Position numbers and translations under genes: made by a program. The notes beneath the pieces were generated by a model. The model was not told the origin of the DNA. It did not search any database and saw only the letters and a list, made by a program, of their open reading frames with translations. Shown piece after piece: positions 27,785 to 37,857 of a DNA stretch of 64,000 nt. The stretch comes from Candidatus Hydrothermia bacterium (lineage in GTDB: Bacteria > Hydrothermota > Hydrothermia > UBA1063), in NCBI GenBank assembly GCA_049719805.1, contig JBNARF010000002.1, forward strand, positions 275,495 to 339,494, in the 5' to 3' direction. Within the stretch, counting starts at the first letter, position 1; the number at the start of each line of letters is the position of its first letter.

Positions 27785-28969
27785 ATGGGGATTTTTAGAA
27801 AAGCGCTTCTTATCCTGCTTACGGTGAGTGTAATATCTGCTCAAGAAGCCCGAATCACCATGAGTGTAGAACAGGCAGATATAAAAACCGTATTGAGAGC
27901 CTTTGCAGAAGTTGGGAGAGTTAATATAATTACAACACCGTCCGTAACTCAGAAAGTTACTTTTAACATAAAAGATGTACCCTGGAGACTGGCTCTAAAA
28001 TCCTTGCTTGATGCCTATGGGCTTGCAATGATTGAAAGTGAGGGACTCATCACCATTATGACTCAACAGGAGTTTGCAAACTTAAAAACAGCAGCGGACC
28101 TGGATATTAAAGTACTTAAAGTACGTTATGCCGATGCCCGAAAAGTTGCAGAGGTCTTAAAGTCGCAGTTATCTCCAAGAGGAGATATTAAGTTGGATGA
28201 AAGCTCTAACGCCCTTATTGTCACGGATCTCAGAGTAAACCTGTACAGAGTGGAGGATCTCCTCACCCAGGTAGATAAGCCTTACCCCCAGGTTATGATA
28301 AAAGGAAGAATAGTGGAAGTGGACTACAATGAGTCAAGAAGGCTTGGGTCAGAGCTTAAAGCAATTAGGTTTGGAAATCCCGGTTTCGAAGCCTCACCCT
28401 ATACTGCTGGAGGACTTGAACCTGAAAACGCAACTTATTTAACGGTGAATTATCTCGGACCTAATGCTGCAAGAATTGAGGCAGCTATTGATGCTCTTGA
28501 GGGCAAATCAAAAGCCAATACCATTTCTGAGCCTAAAATCATGGTCCTTGACAATGAAAAGGCATCTATATATTCGAAGATAAGGGTGCCGGTTATTTCA
28601 AGGGATATGGCCGGAAATACTGTCGTTCAGTTTGAAGAAACCGGTATAAGCCTTGAAGTAACACCTCATATTATTCCAGATGGCAAAGTGGTTCTACACA
28701 TTAAAACAGAGACTGGGGACCTCACCGGATATTCTGCTGCTGGTCAACCAATAACCTCCAAGAGAGGAGCAGAGACGAAGGTTACAGTACCTGATGGAGA
28801 AACTGTATTAATTGGTGGTGTTATCATTGACAAGGATAAGAAAGCTAATTCAGGCCTTCCTTTGCTTTTGAGAATCCCCATTTTAGGCCAGATTTTTGGT
28901 CGTCATTCTGTAGAAAAAAGTAAGGCTGAGATTTTGATATTCTTAACACCCACTGTGGTGAGAGAATGA
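27785..28969 (+). CDS. pilQ: Type IV pilus secretin PilQ (minimal form)
   Basis: 394 aa; signal peptide, secretin N-domains, C-terminal secretin signature (GETVLIGGVI...PLLLRIPILGQIFG...ILIFLTPTVV). Confidence 0.85.
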   Translation: MGIFRKALLILLTVSVISAQEARITMSVEQADIKTVLRAFAEVGRVNIITTPSVTQKVTFNIKDVPWRLALKSLLDAYGLAMIESEGLITIMTQQEFANLKTAADLDIKVLKVRYADARKVAEVLKSQLSPRGDIKLDESSNALIVTDLRVNLYRVEDLLTQVDKPYPQVMIKGRIVEVDYNESRRLGSELKAIRFGNPGFEASPYTAGGLEPENATYLTVNYLGPNAARIEAAIDALEGKSKANTISEPKIMVLDNEKASIYSKIRVPVISRDMAGNTVVQFEETGISLEVTPHIIPDGKVVLHIKTETGDLTGYSAAGQPITSKRGAETKVTVPDGETVLIGGVIIDKDKKANSGLPLLLRIPILGQIFGRHSVEKSKAEILIFLTPTVVRE

Positions 28970-29526
28970 AAATAAGATTTTTCAATCACAAGAAGGGCCT
29001 CACATTAGTTGAGGTCCTTCTTGTGATTTTTATTATCAGTATCTTAGTAGCAATACCTTTCTGGGGGGGGACTCAATATATAGCCCGCAACAGGCTAAGA
29101 AGTGAAGCGGTTAAGATTAAATCCTTTACCGAAAACGAGAGAACCAATGCTATGGCCATGACCACAAGACGTGCCATAGAGTTCAATGGGTGGGATGTAA
29201 CAATTTACGTGGAAGATCTATCGCGCCCTTTGCCTAATCTGGATTCTATTGTTGCCACTTACCCCAATTACTTTAGCTCTAAAATAAATTTCGGCGGGCT
29301 TCCGGGTGCGACGGCTCTAAGGGGAGGTTCCATTGACTCCGATGGTGTAATGTTTGGGAGTTCTCAGAATAATAACAGGTTGGTCTTCACAGCCTTTGGA
29401 CTTGTTGAGAATCCCGGAGAGCTATATATAAATGATGGACGAAATCTAATGTGTATCGCTGTTAACGGATTTGGACAAGTTAGAATATATAGATGGACAG
29501 GGGGAAGCTGGAATGAAGTTAAATAA
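28966..29526 (+). CDS. Prepilin-type minor pilin/pseudopilin (FimU/GspH-like)
   Basis: 186 aa; class III signal peptide KKG/LTLVEVLLVIFIISILVAI with Glu at +5. Confidence 0.65.
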   Translation: MKIRFFNHKKGLTLVEVLLVIFIISILVAIPFWGGTQYIARNRLRSEAVKIKSFTENERTNAMAMTTRRAIEFNGWDVTIYVEDLSRPLPNLDSIVATYPNYFSSKINFGGLPGATALRGGSIDSDGVMFGSSQNNNRLVFTAFGLVENPGELYINDGRNLMCIAVNGFGQVRIYRWTGGSWNEVK

Positions 29527-29935
29527 AAAAGGTTTTTCTCTTATTGAGCTTCTCGTGGCTCTTTCTATACTGGCTATTGGACTCCTCGGTATAATTCCCC
29601 TTGCTATCACCACTATACGCCTCAATACCTATCAGAATCAAATGCTTAATGCTAAGTATTTAGCAGAGAGGCAGGCGGAATTTTTAAGAAGTATTACGTT
29701 TACTGCACCTGAACTCGCAAATGATAACGACAACAATGACCTATACGATACCGCAAACCCTGACCACATTCTTGCTACAACCATTGAAGGGATCACATAT
29801 AATGTGATGTGGAACATTGTGGATGATTCTGCCGGGACTAGAACTATTAATATAATAGTTCAGTGGGTTACGCCACGAACTGGAGAAACAAAAAACTATA
29901 ATATTACCCTCGTAAGGAGTAGCTATGAAATTTAG
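29513..29935 (+). CDS. Prepilin-type minor pilin (PilV-like)
   Basis: Prepilin motif KKG/FSLIELLVALSILAIGLLG; chosen start ATG 29513 (MKLNKKGF...), ORF track starts at 29471; overlaps upstream gene by 14 nt. Confidence 0.65.
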   Translation: MKLNKKGFSLIELLVALSILAIGLLGIIPLAITTIRLNTYQNQMLNAKYLAERQAEFLRSITFTAPELANDNDNNDLYDTANPDHILATTIEGITYNVMWNIVDDSAGTRTINIIVQWVTPRTGETKNYNITLVRSSYEI

Positions 29936-30827
29936 AAGAGCTATAACACTCTTGGAACTTATTGTGGCTTTGGGCATATTATCTGTGCTTCTTACTAGTG
30001 TTTTTATAGTATATAGAAATCAAATGAGGACAGCCACCACTCAGCAAAGTATTTCCGTTCTCCAGACTGATATTCAGCAGGCTTTTAACATTCAAAAGTG
30101 GGATATGCTGATGAGCGGGTATGGTGTTAGTGCAAATGTTGCTCCCATATGGAGCATAAATAAGACAAATGCCCCTGATTCTTTAATATTACGGAGCACG
30201 GGTTTTCTTATTGGTGGTACCACCCGCTGGAGTTACGTTATGGATGCAATGACGGGGACTGAACTTATCGTTGGGCGCTGGAATGACGAAAGGGAAGATA
30301 TTCATGTTGGTGACGTGATTGTAATAATGACTGATAGAAAGGGTCAGATAGCTCCACCTGTTTCTGTCACAGCTCGCGAGGCGATGACTTATAACAATCA
30401 GGATGCGTACAGGCTGACCTTAAGTGGGAATGTTCAAACGGCTCAGGGTAACTTTGTCTTTGTGGTTCCTGGAGGTCAATTTCAAACTGTAGTTTATTGG
30501 GTTAGAAATGACACGCTGTTTCGGGGGAATGAGCCCTTTTTAACGGGAGTTGAAGATTTTCAGGTATCTCACTGGGTGGACTTAAATGGCAATGGGATAG
30601 AGGATGTGGGGGAGAGGGTTATGAATCCTTCTGGTGTAAGTAATTTTACGGGTTTCTTAAGGTCTACAAGGGTTAGTCTTGTGCTTTTAGGTCCTGTGGA
30701 TAGAGATTATACATTCCCTGATAATCAAATTACTGTGGAAGATCATACCTATACAATTACCGGGTCTGCGAGGAATAGAAGGCGCAGGTTTTATACCATA
30801 GAAGTAAAAGCGAGGAATATAAGATGA
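29925..30827 (+). CDS. Prepilin-type minor pilin (PilW-like), atypical Ala at -1
   Basis: 300 aa; N-terminus MKFRRA/ITLLELIVALGILSVLL with Glu at +5 but Ala instead of Gly before the cleavage site. Confidence 0.55.
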   Translation: MKFRRAITLLELIVALGILSVLLTSVFIVYRNQMRTATTQQSISVLQTDIQQAFNIQKWDMLMSGYGVSANVAPIWSINKTNAPDSLILRSTGFLIGGTTRWSYVMDAMTGTELIVGRWNDEREDIHVGDVIVIMTDRKGQIAPPVSVTAREAMTYNNQDAYRLTLSGNVQTAQGNFVFVVPGGQFQTVVYWVRNDTLFRGNEPFLTGVEDFQVSHWVDLNGNGIEDVGERVMNPSGVSNFTGFLRSTRVSLVLLGPVDRDYTFPDNQITVEDHTYTITGSARNRRRRFYTIEVKARNIR

Positions 30828-31273
30828 AAAAAGGAGTTGCTTTAATAACGGTGATTCTCGTAGTTGCGTTTCTTGTGGTTTTAGGTGGAATAACAGCCTA
30901 CATGGTCCAGAGAAGTTTGAGAATTACCGGGACCTTCAGAAGGGCTCTATCCACCTTTGAGGCTGCGGAAGGTGGTATTGAGATAGGTGTGAATGAGATA
31001 TGGTCTGCTTCAGAAGAAGGAAGATCACTGGGAACGATAACGAGGAACGTAGGACAAAGGTCAGTAACTGTAACACCATCTCGTCTTTTTGTGATGACGG
31101 AAAGGGGTGGCTCATTAGAGTTTGCTGCGGCATACGAAGGTGTTGGAAGGGGAGTAGGAGGGGGTGGTGCTGCAATATTTTATAGAATCTTATCTTTATC
31201 CCGCGGTGGACCTGAAGATAGGGTGGAACTTGAAGTTTTATATAGGAAAGTTGTAGGTATAATAGCACAATAA
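30824..31273 (+). CDS. PilX-like minor pilin / pilus assembly protein
   Basis: 149 aa; N-terminal hydrophobic helix (GVALITVILVVAFLVVLGGITAY) lacking Glu5, as in PilX. Confidence 0.5.
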   Translation: MKKGVALITVILVVAFLVVLGGITAYMVQRSLRITGTFRRALSTFEAAEGGIEIGVNEIWSASEEGRSLGTITRNVGQRSVTVTPSRLFVMTERGGSLEFAAAYEGVGRGVGGGGAAIFYRILSLSRGGPEDRVELEVLYRKVVGIIAQ

Positions 31274-31284
31274 AAGGAAAAGGG

Positions 31285-34200
31285 GTGATAATTATGTTTA
31301 AAAAAAGGTGGTTATTTGGTACATTAATGATTATAGTGGGGGCACTCATGGCTCAAACCACTGAGATGCCCTGCAACGTTCCGCCGTTTTTGGCGGAGAA
31401 AATTCCGCCGAATATCTTAGTTATTATGGACAATTCTGGTTCTATGGGTGAAATGGCATATAATGAGCCTTATAACCCTAACAAAAAATACTATGGCTAT
31501 TTTAATCCCGATGCAGTTTATCGTTATGACAACAATGAATGGGTTCCTGTAGATCAAAGTGCAAACTTTAATACCACCTGGCCTGGAAACCTCTTGAACT
31601 GGGCAATTATGTCACGTTTCAGTGTTTTAAAGAAAGTTCTTGTGGGTGGAAAGGCAACGGCACGAAGCCCCAGGGGATTTGCCCACACCCTGATTTGTGA
31701 GTCACGCAATTCCTGGGATAAATATTACACATATGGCGGAAGTAAATACCGTTTTACCGTTTCCGGTGGAAGTGCTGGATCTGCGAGTAGTATAGTAATA
31801 AGGAGATGGACAGGAAGGAATTGGGTGCAACTGCTTTCTGCAACTAATAAAGTTGCAATCGACTCAACCTTCTCCCGAGGTGTTATTCAGAAGCTTGGTG
31901 ATAAGGATATAGATGGCAGATGGGATGATGACACTCCGAGATTCTGGCTAATAATGTTTAATAGCAGAGGGAATAACAGTGAAATGGGGTCAGGTAGTAC
32001 AACCCCAGTAAATGTCAGCGGGGAACACGATGGCGGTCGTGTGGAGTCTTATTATCAGGATAACAATTCAATGAGTGATTTTGTTAATGCCATTCAGAAT
32101 GCCAAAGCAGAGACCTGGACCCCCCTCGCTGAATGTTTACTTGAGACATGCTGGTATTTTAGACAAGTTCCCACACCTCTTTTCTTCCCTAATGACTACG
32201 GGACGGACCGGCAATGGGATCCTATGGAGCCTAAGAGTGTATGGTGCCGAAAGTCTTTTGTGCTCTTTTTGACCGACGGCCAGGCAACGAGAGATAGAGA
32301 TCCCGTTTTGCATCAGCATATAGGTGATTACGATGGTGACGGAATGGAACCATCGTTTTATCAGGGTGTAGATGATCCACAGTTCAGCAGCCATTACCTT
32401 GATGATGTAGCCTTTTGGATGCATACCAACGATCTGAGACCTGATATCCCGGGGACCCAGAACCTCACCCTTTATGGTGTCTTTGTTTTTGGATATGGGC
32501 ACGATCTTTTAAAAGAAGCCTGTAAAGATGGCGGATTCATCGATTACAATGGTAACAATAGACCTGACCTTACGAGAGAGTGGGATCATAATGAAGACGG
32601 AGTTCCCGATACATATTTCGAGGCACAGGAGGGAGAGCAGATCGAAAAGGCTATTATGGATGCGATACTCTCTATTTTAGCGAGGGTAAGTTCAGCTACG
32701 GCTGCATCTGTGGTCACTCAGACCCAGAGAGGTGAAGGAACTATATATCAGGCCTTTTTCCAGCCCACTTACACTACGCCTCTGGGCGAGATAAAATGGC
32801 TTGGACAATTGGTGGGCTACTTTGTTGATAAAAATGGAAATATTAGAGAAGATAGCAATAATGATTTAAGACTCACTAGTGATGACCGTATTTTGAAATT
32901 TAAGACTGAAGGAATTGAAACCAGAGTTGAGAGATGGGCTGCCACTTCTGATGATAATCCCCTTTACAAGGTTGATGAAGTAGACCTCTGGGATGTTAAT
33001 TTCCTCTGGGATGCTGGCAAAAGATTACTGGAAAGAAGCGCTGACGAGCGGATTATAAAAGCAATAATTAAACAGAATAACACATTTGCTCTCATAGATT
33101 TCAAAACCAATAACAGGAGCCTTCTCAGCTCTTACATGGAAGGTTCTGATGCCTTCAAGGACTCTTTAATAAATTACATTAGAGGTGTTGATTATAATAA
33201 TCCCAGCTGGCGATCCAGGACATTTGAGCCGAATAAGGTCTGGAAACTTGGTGATATAGTCTACTCTACGCCGACTTTTGTTGGAAGACCGACGGAAAGG
33301 TATGATCTCATATATGATGATGTATCTTACAGGGAATTTTACAACCGGAAGAAGAACAGGCGAAACATAGTCCTTGTTGGCGCCAACGATGGAATGCTCC
33401 ATGCGTTTAATGCCGGTATTTTTGATACACTTGAAAGAAGGGTAGATGGAATGGGTAGGAGTTTGGGTGAAGAATTGTGGGCAGTTATTCCTATGAACCT
33501 CCTTCCCCATTTGAAATGGCTGAAGGATCAGCAATATTGCCATGTTTACTATGTTGACCTTAAACCAAAAGTTACAGACGTAAAGATATTTAGTGATGAT
33601 GAGGATCATCCTGAAGGCTGGGGTACTGTCGCCATCGTAGGAATGAGATTTGGAGGAACTCCAATATCCATATCCAGTGGCACGTATAGGTCTGCTTTCT
33701 TTGCTCTTGACATTTCTAACCCAGATAATCCCCGGGTGTTGTGGGAGTTTACAGATCCCAATCTTGGTTATACTATTTCCTATCCCTCTGTTTTGAAAGT
33801 TGTGGATCAGAACGGTGAAAAGTGGTTCGTTGTTTTTGGTTCTGGAACCACAACTACCCCCACAGGACACACTTCCAATCAAAATGCTTATTTCTATATC
33901 CTTGATCTTAAGACGGGAGCCCTTTTAAGAAAGATACAGATACCATATCCTTCAAATCAGACGCAAGGTGCGTTTTGTGGTAATCCCATCTCCGTGGACG
34001 TTAAGCTGGATTACAGTTGTGATATAATCTATTTACCTGTTACATATATTGAAAGATCAGGTAATACAAATATAGAAAAGGGTGCTCTTTACAGGATAGT
34101 AACTGGCAATAGTACAAATCCGCAAGCCTGGTCCCTCTCCATGGCGATAAGACTAGATAGGCCAGTAACCTCAGGGACTGCCGCTTCCATGGACGAATAT

Positions 34201-34857
34201 GGTAATTTATGGGTATTCTTTGGGAGCGGGAAGTACTTTACAGACCAGGATGAGATTGATTCAAGGACCAATTATCTTCTAGGATTTAAGGATCAGTACT
34301 GGAATGGTGGTTGGACAAGTGCTACCTCTCCAAGCTATGCCCTTTCAGATCTTCTCAATGCAACTAATATTAATGTAAGAGTTGACACTTCCACTGGCAG
34401 TGCCACTGTTGAAAACGTACAAGGCCTTCCAAATAATTTATCTTTCGAAGCCTTTGTGGATTCTGTTAATAGAAGATATAAGGGGTGGTATGTGGAGCTC
34501 CAGAGTGGTGAAAAGTCCCTTAATTTCCCATTAGTTCTTGGCGGTGCTGTATTTTTCACCACCTATAAGGTTATTGATGACCCTTGTGCTTTTGGTGGTC
34601 AGGGATGGCTCTATGTACTCTATTACAAGACTGGAACAGCATCTAAAAATGCGCCCCTGGGTTTACTACAGAACAATTACGCTGCCACCAAGGTTGAAGT
34701 ACAGGGTATGCCTGCTTCTCCTGCAGTTCACATAGGATCAAGGGATGAGGCAAGGGCGGTGGTTCAGACCTCAACTGGCGAGATTATTTCCATGCCCGTG
34801 GAACTTCCCTGGAGTCCGAAGAGCGGTGCAAGGGTCTGGAGACCCGCAAACTTTTAA
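31285..34857 (+). CDS. PilY1/PilC-like pilus tip adhesin with N-terminal vWA (MIDAS) domain
   Basis: 1190 aa; signal peptide; MIDAS motif VIMDNSGSM near the N-terminus; large C-terminal region consistent with a PilY1 beta-propeller; follows four minor pilin genes. Confidence 0.65.
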   Translation: MIIMFKKRWLFGTLMIIVGALMAQTTEMPCNVPPFLAEKIPPNILVIMDNSGSMGEMAYNEPYNPNKKYYGYFNPDAVYRYDNNEWVPVDQSANFNTTWPGNLLNWAIMSRFSVLKKVLVGGKATARSPRGFAHTLICESRNSWDKYYTYGGSKYRFTVSGGSAGSASSIVIRRWTGRNWVQLLSATNKVAIDSTFSRGVIQKLGDKDIDGRWDDDTPRFWLIMFNSRGNNSEMGSGSTTPVNVSGEHDGGRVESYYQDNNSMSDFVNAIQNAKAETWTPLAECLLETCWYFRQVPTPLFFPNDYGTDRQWDPMEPKSVWCRKSFVLFLTDGQATRDRDPVLHQHIGDYDGDGMEPSFYQGVDDPQFSSHYLDDVAFWMHTNDLRPDIPGTQNLTLYGVFVFGYGHDLLKEACKDGGFIDYNGNNRPDLTREWDHNEDGVPDTYFEAQEGEQIEKAIMDAILSILARVSSATAASVVTQTQRGEGTIYQAFFQPTYTTPLGEIKWLGQLVGYFVDKNGNIREDSNNDLRLTSDDRILKFKTEGIETRVERWAATSDDNPLYKVDEVDLWDVNFLWDAGKRLLERSADERIIKAIIKQNNTFALIDFKTNNRSLLSSYMEGSDAFKDSLINYIRGVDYNNPSWRSRTFEPNKVWKLGDIVYSTPTFVGRPTERYDLIYDDVSYREFYNRKKNRRNIVLVGANDGMLHAFNAGIFDTLERRVDGMGRSLGEELWAVIPMNLLPHLKWLKDQQYCHVYYVDLKPKVTDVKIFSDDEDHPEGWGTVAIVGMRFGGTPISISSGTYRSAFFALDISNPDNPRVLWEFTDPNLGYTISYPSVLKVVDQNGEKWFVVFGSGTTTTPTGHTSNQNAYFYILDLKTGALLRKIQIPYPSNQTQGAFCGNPISVDVKLDYSCDIIYLPVTYIERSGNTNIEKGALYRIVTGNSTNPQAWSLSMAIRLDRPVTSGTAASMDEYGNLWVFFGSGKYFTDQDEIDSRTNYLLGFKDQYWNGGWTSATSPSYALSDLLNATNINVRVDTSTGSATVENVQGLPNNLSFEAFVDSVNRRYKGWYVELQSGEKSLNFPLVLGGAVFFTTYKVIDDPCAFGGQGWLYVLYYKTGTASKNAPLGLLQNNYAATKVEVQGMPASPAVHIGSRDEARAVVQTSTGEIISMPVELPWSPKSGARVWRPANF

Positions 34858-34870
34858 AAGGGGGTAGAGC

Positions 34871-35227
34871 ATGTTTGCCTTTATAATTTTAATTTCCATC
34901 TTGACTCAATCAGGGATTCAGGTGACCCAGGGGGTGATTAGTACCCCCAGGGTCCTGCAAAAAGAATATCTAACTGATGAAGAGATGAGGGCCCTTCAAA
35001 ATACCATAGGCGGAGTTTTTATGGGGGTTTCTGATGATTCAAACTACATTTTCGTGAACGAAAAATACATAAAAATCGATAAGAGAACATTCAATTTCAA
35101 GAATTTGCCTGCTGTTGGCGAGGATGTCTTTATACGATTGGAAGAACGTGGGAAGGATAAAATCGGAGTATTCTGCTCTAATAACCTGGATGATGCTGTT
35201 TATTACAAAAAGGGACTTTTTAAATGA
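34871..35227 (+). CDS. Hypothetical small secreted/membrane-anchored protein
   Basis: 118 aa; N-terminal hydrophobic segment; no recognised motif. Confidence 0.3.
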   Translation: MFAFIILISILTQSGIQVTQGVISTPRVLQKEYLTDEEMRALQNTIGGVFMGVSDDSNYIFVNEKYIKIDKRTFNFKNLPAVGEDVFIRLEERGKDKIGVFCSNNLDDAVYYKKGLFK

Positions 35228-35778
35228 AGGGGCTTCTAATTCTTCTCATCATTCTTGTAATTTTGATTGTGGTTTTCATTTCCATCTACAATAGCCTTGT
35301 AAGATTGAGGGTCCTTGTTAAAAATGCTTTTGCTGATATTGACGTGCAGCTTAAGAAAAGACATGATCTTGTGCCTAATCTTGTGGAGACCGTAAAAGGC
35401 TACGCTGCCCACGAGAGAACCACACTGGAAAACGTAATTAAAGCAAGGCAGATGGCAGTTTCAGCTTCAACTCCCGATGACAAAATGAAATCCGAAAATA
35501 TGCTCACACAAGCTTTGAGACAGCTCTTTGCAGTCGTTGAAAATTATCCCAATCTAAAGGCTAATGAGAATTTTATGGCGCTGCAACAGGAGCTTTCCAA
35601 AATAGAAGAGTCTATTCAGAATGCACGCAGGTACTACAACGCCGTAGTCCGGGATTACAATACACGAATTATGGTTTTTCCGTCCAATATTGTTGCCAGT
35701 ATGTTTGGTTTCAGACCGGAGTCATTTTTCGAGATCGGAGAAGAGACAGAAAGAGAAGCACCCCAGGTTAAGTTCTGA
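35224..35778 (+). CDS. LemA-family membrane protein
   Basis: 184 aa; N-terminal TM helix then LemA pattern (YNSLVRLRVLVKNAFADIDVQLKKRHDLVPNLVETVKGYA). Confidence 0.8.
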   Translation: MKGLLILLIILVILIVVFISIYNSLVRLRVLVKNAFADIDVQLKKRHDLVPNLVETVKGYAAHERTTLENVIKARQMAVSASTPDDKMKSENMLTQALRQLFAVVENYPNLKANENFMALQQELSKIEESIQNARRYYNAVVRDYNTRIMVFPSNIVASMFGFRPESFFEIGEETEREAPQVKF

Positions 35779-35797
35779 ATAGGGATGAATCAAAGGA

Positions 35798-35834
35798 TGT
35801 GCGCGCCCCTTCGGGGCGCGCACAATTTTTATTT
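35798..35834 (+). terminator. Rho-independent terminator (possibly bidirectional)
   Basis: Perfect GC-rich hairpin TGTGCGCGCCCC-TTC-GGGGCGCGCACA (35798..35824) followed by AATTTTTATTT; lies between convergent LemA (+) and DUF192 (-) genes. Confidence 0.7.
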
Positions 35835-36260
35835 ACTTATCCACGGAAATATTGCGGTATCTCCGATATCAATATTGTTCCGCTTAAACCAGCCACTGTT
35901 TACCTCAAGGGCGTATTTACAGGGGGTTTTTGATGTAATTGTAGATTCATCAAAGGCTTTCATGTCGTAGATTTCCCTGATAACGCCATCTTCACTTATG
36001 TATGCTATGGAGAGTTCTATTGGGGTATTTTTCATCCAGAAGGAAAGAATTTGCGATTCCGGGAAAACAAAGAGCATACCCTCGGAATCGGGCAAATAAC
36101 TTGTATACATGAGCCCCCTTTCCCATTCCTGGGGACTCGTAGCCAATCTCACATAAAGTGTCTTATCCTTAACCTTGATCTCTTTTAAAAAACCTGTGGA
36201 TTTTATTTTTTCTTTACCACAAGCTAAGAAAGCGAGGAGTACAAGGCTATATTTTTTCAC
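35829..36260 (-). CDS. DUF192-family protein (secreted/lipoprotein)
   Basis: 143 aa; N-terminal signal peptide ([10 protein letters not shown]); DUF192-like core ([21 protein letters not shown]...[10 protein letters not shown]). Confidence 0.55.
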   Translation of the reverse strand: MKKYSLVLLAFLACGKEKIKSTGFLKEIKVKDKTLYVRLATSPQEWERGLMYTSYLPDSEGMLFVFPESQILSFWMKNTPIELSIAYISEDGVIREIYDMKAFDESTITSKTPCKYALEVNSGWFKRNNIDIGDTAIFPWISK

Positions 36261-36618
36261 GTATTCTGGCAGCTTTACCCTTACGCTCTCTGATGTAGTA
36301 GATCCTGGCTCTTCTTACTCTACCCCTTCTGAGCACCTCTATTTTTTCTATTACAGGAGAGTGAACGGGAAATATCTTTTCGATCCCGATCCCCTGAGTA
36401 ACTTTTCTTACGGTAAAAGTTTCGGAAAGACCACTACCTCTTCTTCTTATAACCACACCTTCAAATGGTTGTACTCTAACTTTTTCCACAAGCTGTTTTG
36501 TCTTTGGGTCTTCTTTTAATTCTTTTATTTTAACGTGCACCCTTATGGTATCGCCTGGGCCAAAGTCGGGAATATCATTTCTCATAAATTCTTTTTCGAT
36601 TTCTCTTATGTCAACCAT
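36247..36618 (-). CDS. rplS: 50S ribosomal protein L19
   Basis: 123 aa; canonical L19 sequence ([17 protein letters not shown]...[16 protein letters not shown]). Confidence 0.95.
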   Translation of the reverse strand: MVDIREIEKEFMRNDIPDFGPGDTIRVHVKIKELKEDPKTKQLVEKVRVQPFEGVVIRRRGSGLSETFTVRKVTQGIGIEKIFPVHSPVIEKIEVLRRGRVRRARIYYIRERKGKAARIREKI

Positions 36619-37336
36619 TTTTAGCCTCCTTCTCTATTTCTTTAATTAACTCCAGATCTTCTGCTGTAAGATTCGCCTTATATAAAAGATCTGGCCGCCT
36701 TAAAATCGTGTTTCTAATACTTTCCTTTCGCGCCCACTTCAATACCTTTGAATGGTCTCCTGATACTAATACATCAGGAACCGTTTCACCCAGGTATTCC
36801 CTGGGGCGCGTATAATAAGGTGCATCAAGTATACTGGAAATTATAGAATCAGTCAAACAAGAGTCCTTATCTCCAAGTGCCCCGTCCTTTAGTCTTGATA
36901 TAGCATCAAGGAGTATGAGTGCCATAATTTCACCGCCTGAAAGAATATAATCGCCACAGGAAAGCTCCAAATCCACAAATTTATTAATTCTATTATCTAT
37001 TCCCTTGTATCTTCCGCATAGGATGGTAAGGCTCTGCTCTTTTGAGAGTTCTTCTACTATTTTCTGATTTAAAATCTTCCCCTGGGGTGTAGGTAAAATG
37101 ACTTTGCCTTTATCCTGTATACTCTCCAATATTTTATGAATGGGCTCAATCTTGAGGACCATCCCCGCAAAACCGCCGAAGGGGTAATCGTCCACCTCTT
37201 TGGGAGAGTCAGCGTAGTCTCTTGGATTGTATATATTAACTTCGATGTGCCCAAGTTCAATGGCTTTTTTCAAAGGTCCTATATTGAGATATGGTTTAAA
37301 CACTTCGGGGAAAAGGGTGATGATGTAAAACTTCAT
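36611..37336 (-). CDS. trmD: tRNA (guanine37-N1)-methyltransferase
   Basis: 241 aa; TrmD motifs ([29 protein letters not shown]). Confidence 0.95.
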   Translation of the reverse strand: MKFYIITLFPEVFKPYLNIGPLKKAIELGHIEVNIYNPRDYADSPKEVDDYPFGGFAGMVLKIEPIHKILESIQDKGKVILPTPQGKILNQKIVEELSKEQSLTILCGRYKGIDNRINKFVDLELSCGDYILSGGEIMALILLDAISRLKDGALGDKDSCLTDSIISSILDAPYYTRPREYLGETVPDVLVSGDHSKVLKWARKESIRNTILRRPDLLYKANLTAEDLELIKEIEKEAKNG

Positions 37337-37857
37337 GGATTGAGGTTTTTTAGTTCGTCGAATCCGGTTATTTTTATTGTTTTCTTCGAAATGTCCACAG
37401 CTTTTACGTACCTTTTAACGAAGGGGATGAATACCTCCCTCTCATCCTGGGAGATTACCACGAGACTCCCTGAAAGCCCCTGGTTTAAATAGTCTACAAC
37501 CTGCCCAAGATTTTTATCATCTTCAAATATGGAACAACCGATTAAATCTTTGATATAAAACTCTTCTTCCTGGGTTTCGGGTAATTCTTCTTCGTATACT
37601 AATAACTTAAACCCTTTTAATTTTTCGGCCATTTCCCTGGAGTCTATTTCTTTAAATTTAACGATCAAGCTATCTCCAGCACCTCTTCGGATGGACTCCA
37701 CAGTAAGGTGTTTCTTCCCACCTTTCTGACTTATAACGAGGAATTTATTGAAGAGAAGAAAGTCCTCTAAAAAAACTTCGGGGTGAACCTTCAGTTCACC
37801 CCGAAGTCCGAATGCTTTGACTATTTTACCTACTTCTACAAGATTATCCTTATTCAA
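37333..37857 (-). CDS. rimM: Ribosome maturation factor RimM
   Basis: 174 aa; RimM N-terminal motif VGKIVKAFGLRGELKV. Confidence 0.9.
   Translation of the reverse strand: MNKDNLVEVGKIVKAFGLRGELKVHPEVFLEDFLLFNKFLVISQKGGKKHLTVESIRRGAGDSLIVKFKEIDSREMAEKLKGFKLLVYEEELPETQEEEFYIKDLIGCSIFEDDKNLGQVVDYLNQGLSGSLVVISQDEREVFIPFVKRYVKAVDISKKTIKITGFDELKNLNP

Noticed and set aside
26982-28969. Possibility that the AMIN-PilP-like gene and pilQ are one secretin gene split by a frameshift
   Set aside because: The second ORF has its own AAGGAGG RBS and its own N-terminal signal peptide, and the first ORF ends with a PilP-like rather than a secretin N-domain
33166-33882. 238-aa minus-strand ORF
   Set aside because: Lies entirely inside the PilY1-like gene on the opposite strand; no RBS or motif; shadow ORF
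35785-35970. 61-aa plus-strand ORF
   Set aside because: Spans the terminator hairpin and overlaps the 3' end of the DUF192 gene; not coding
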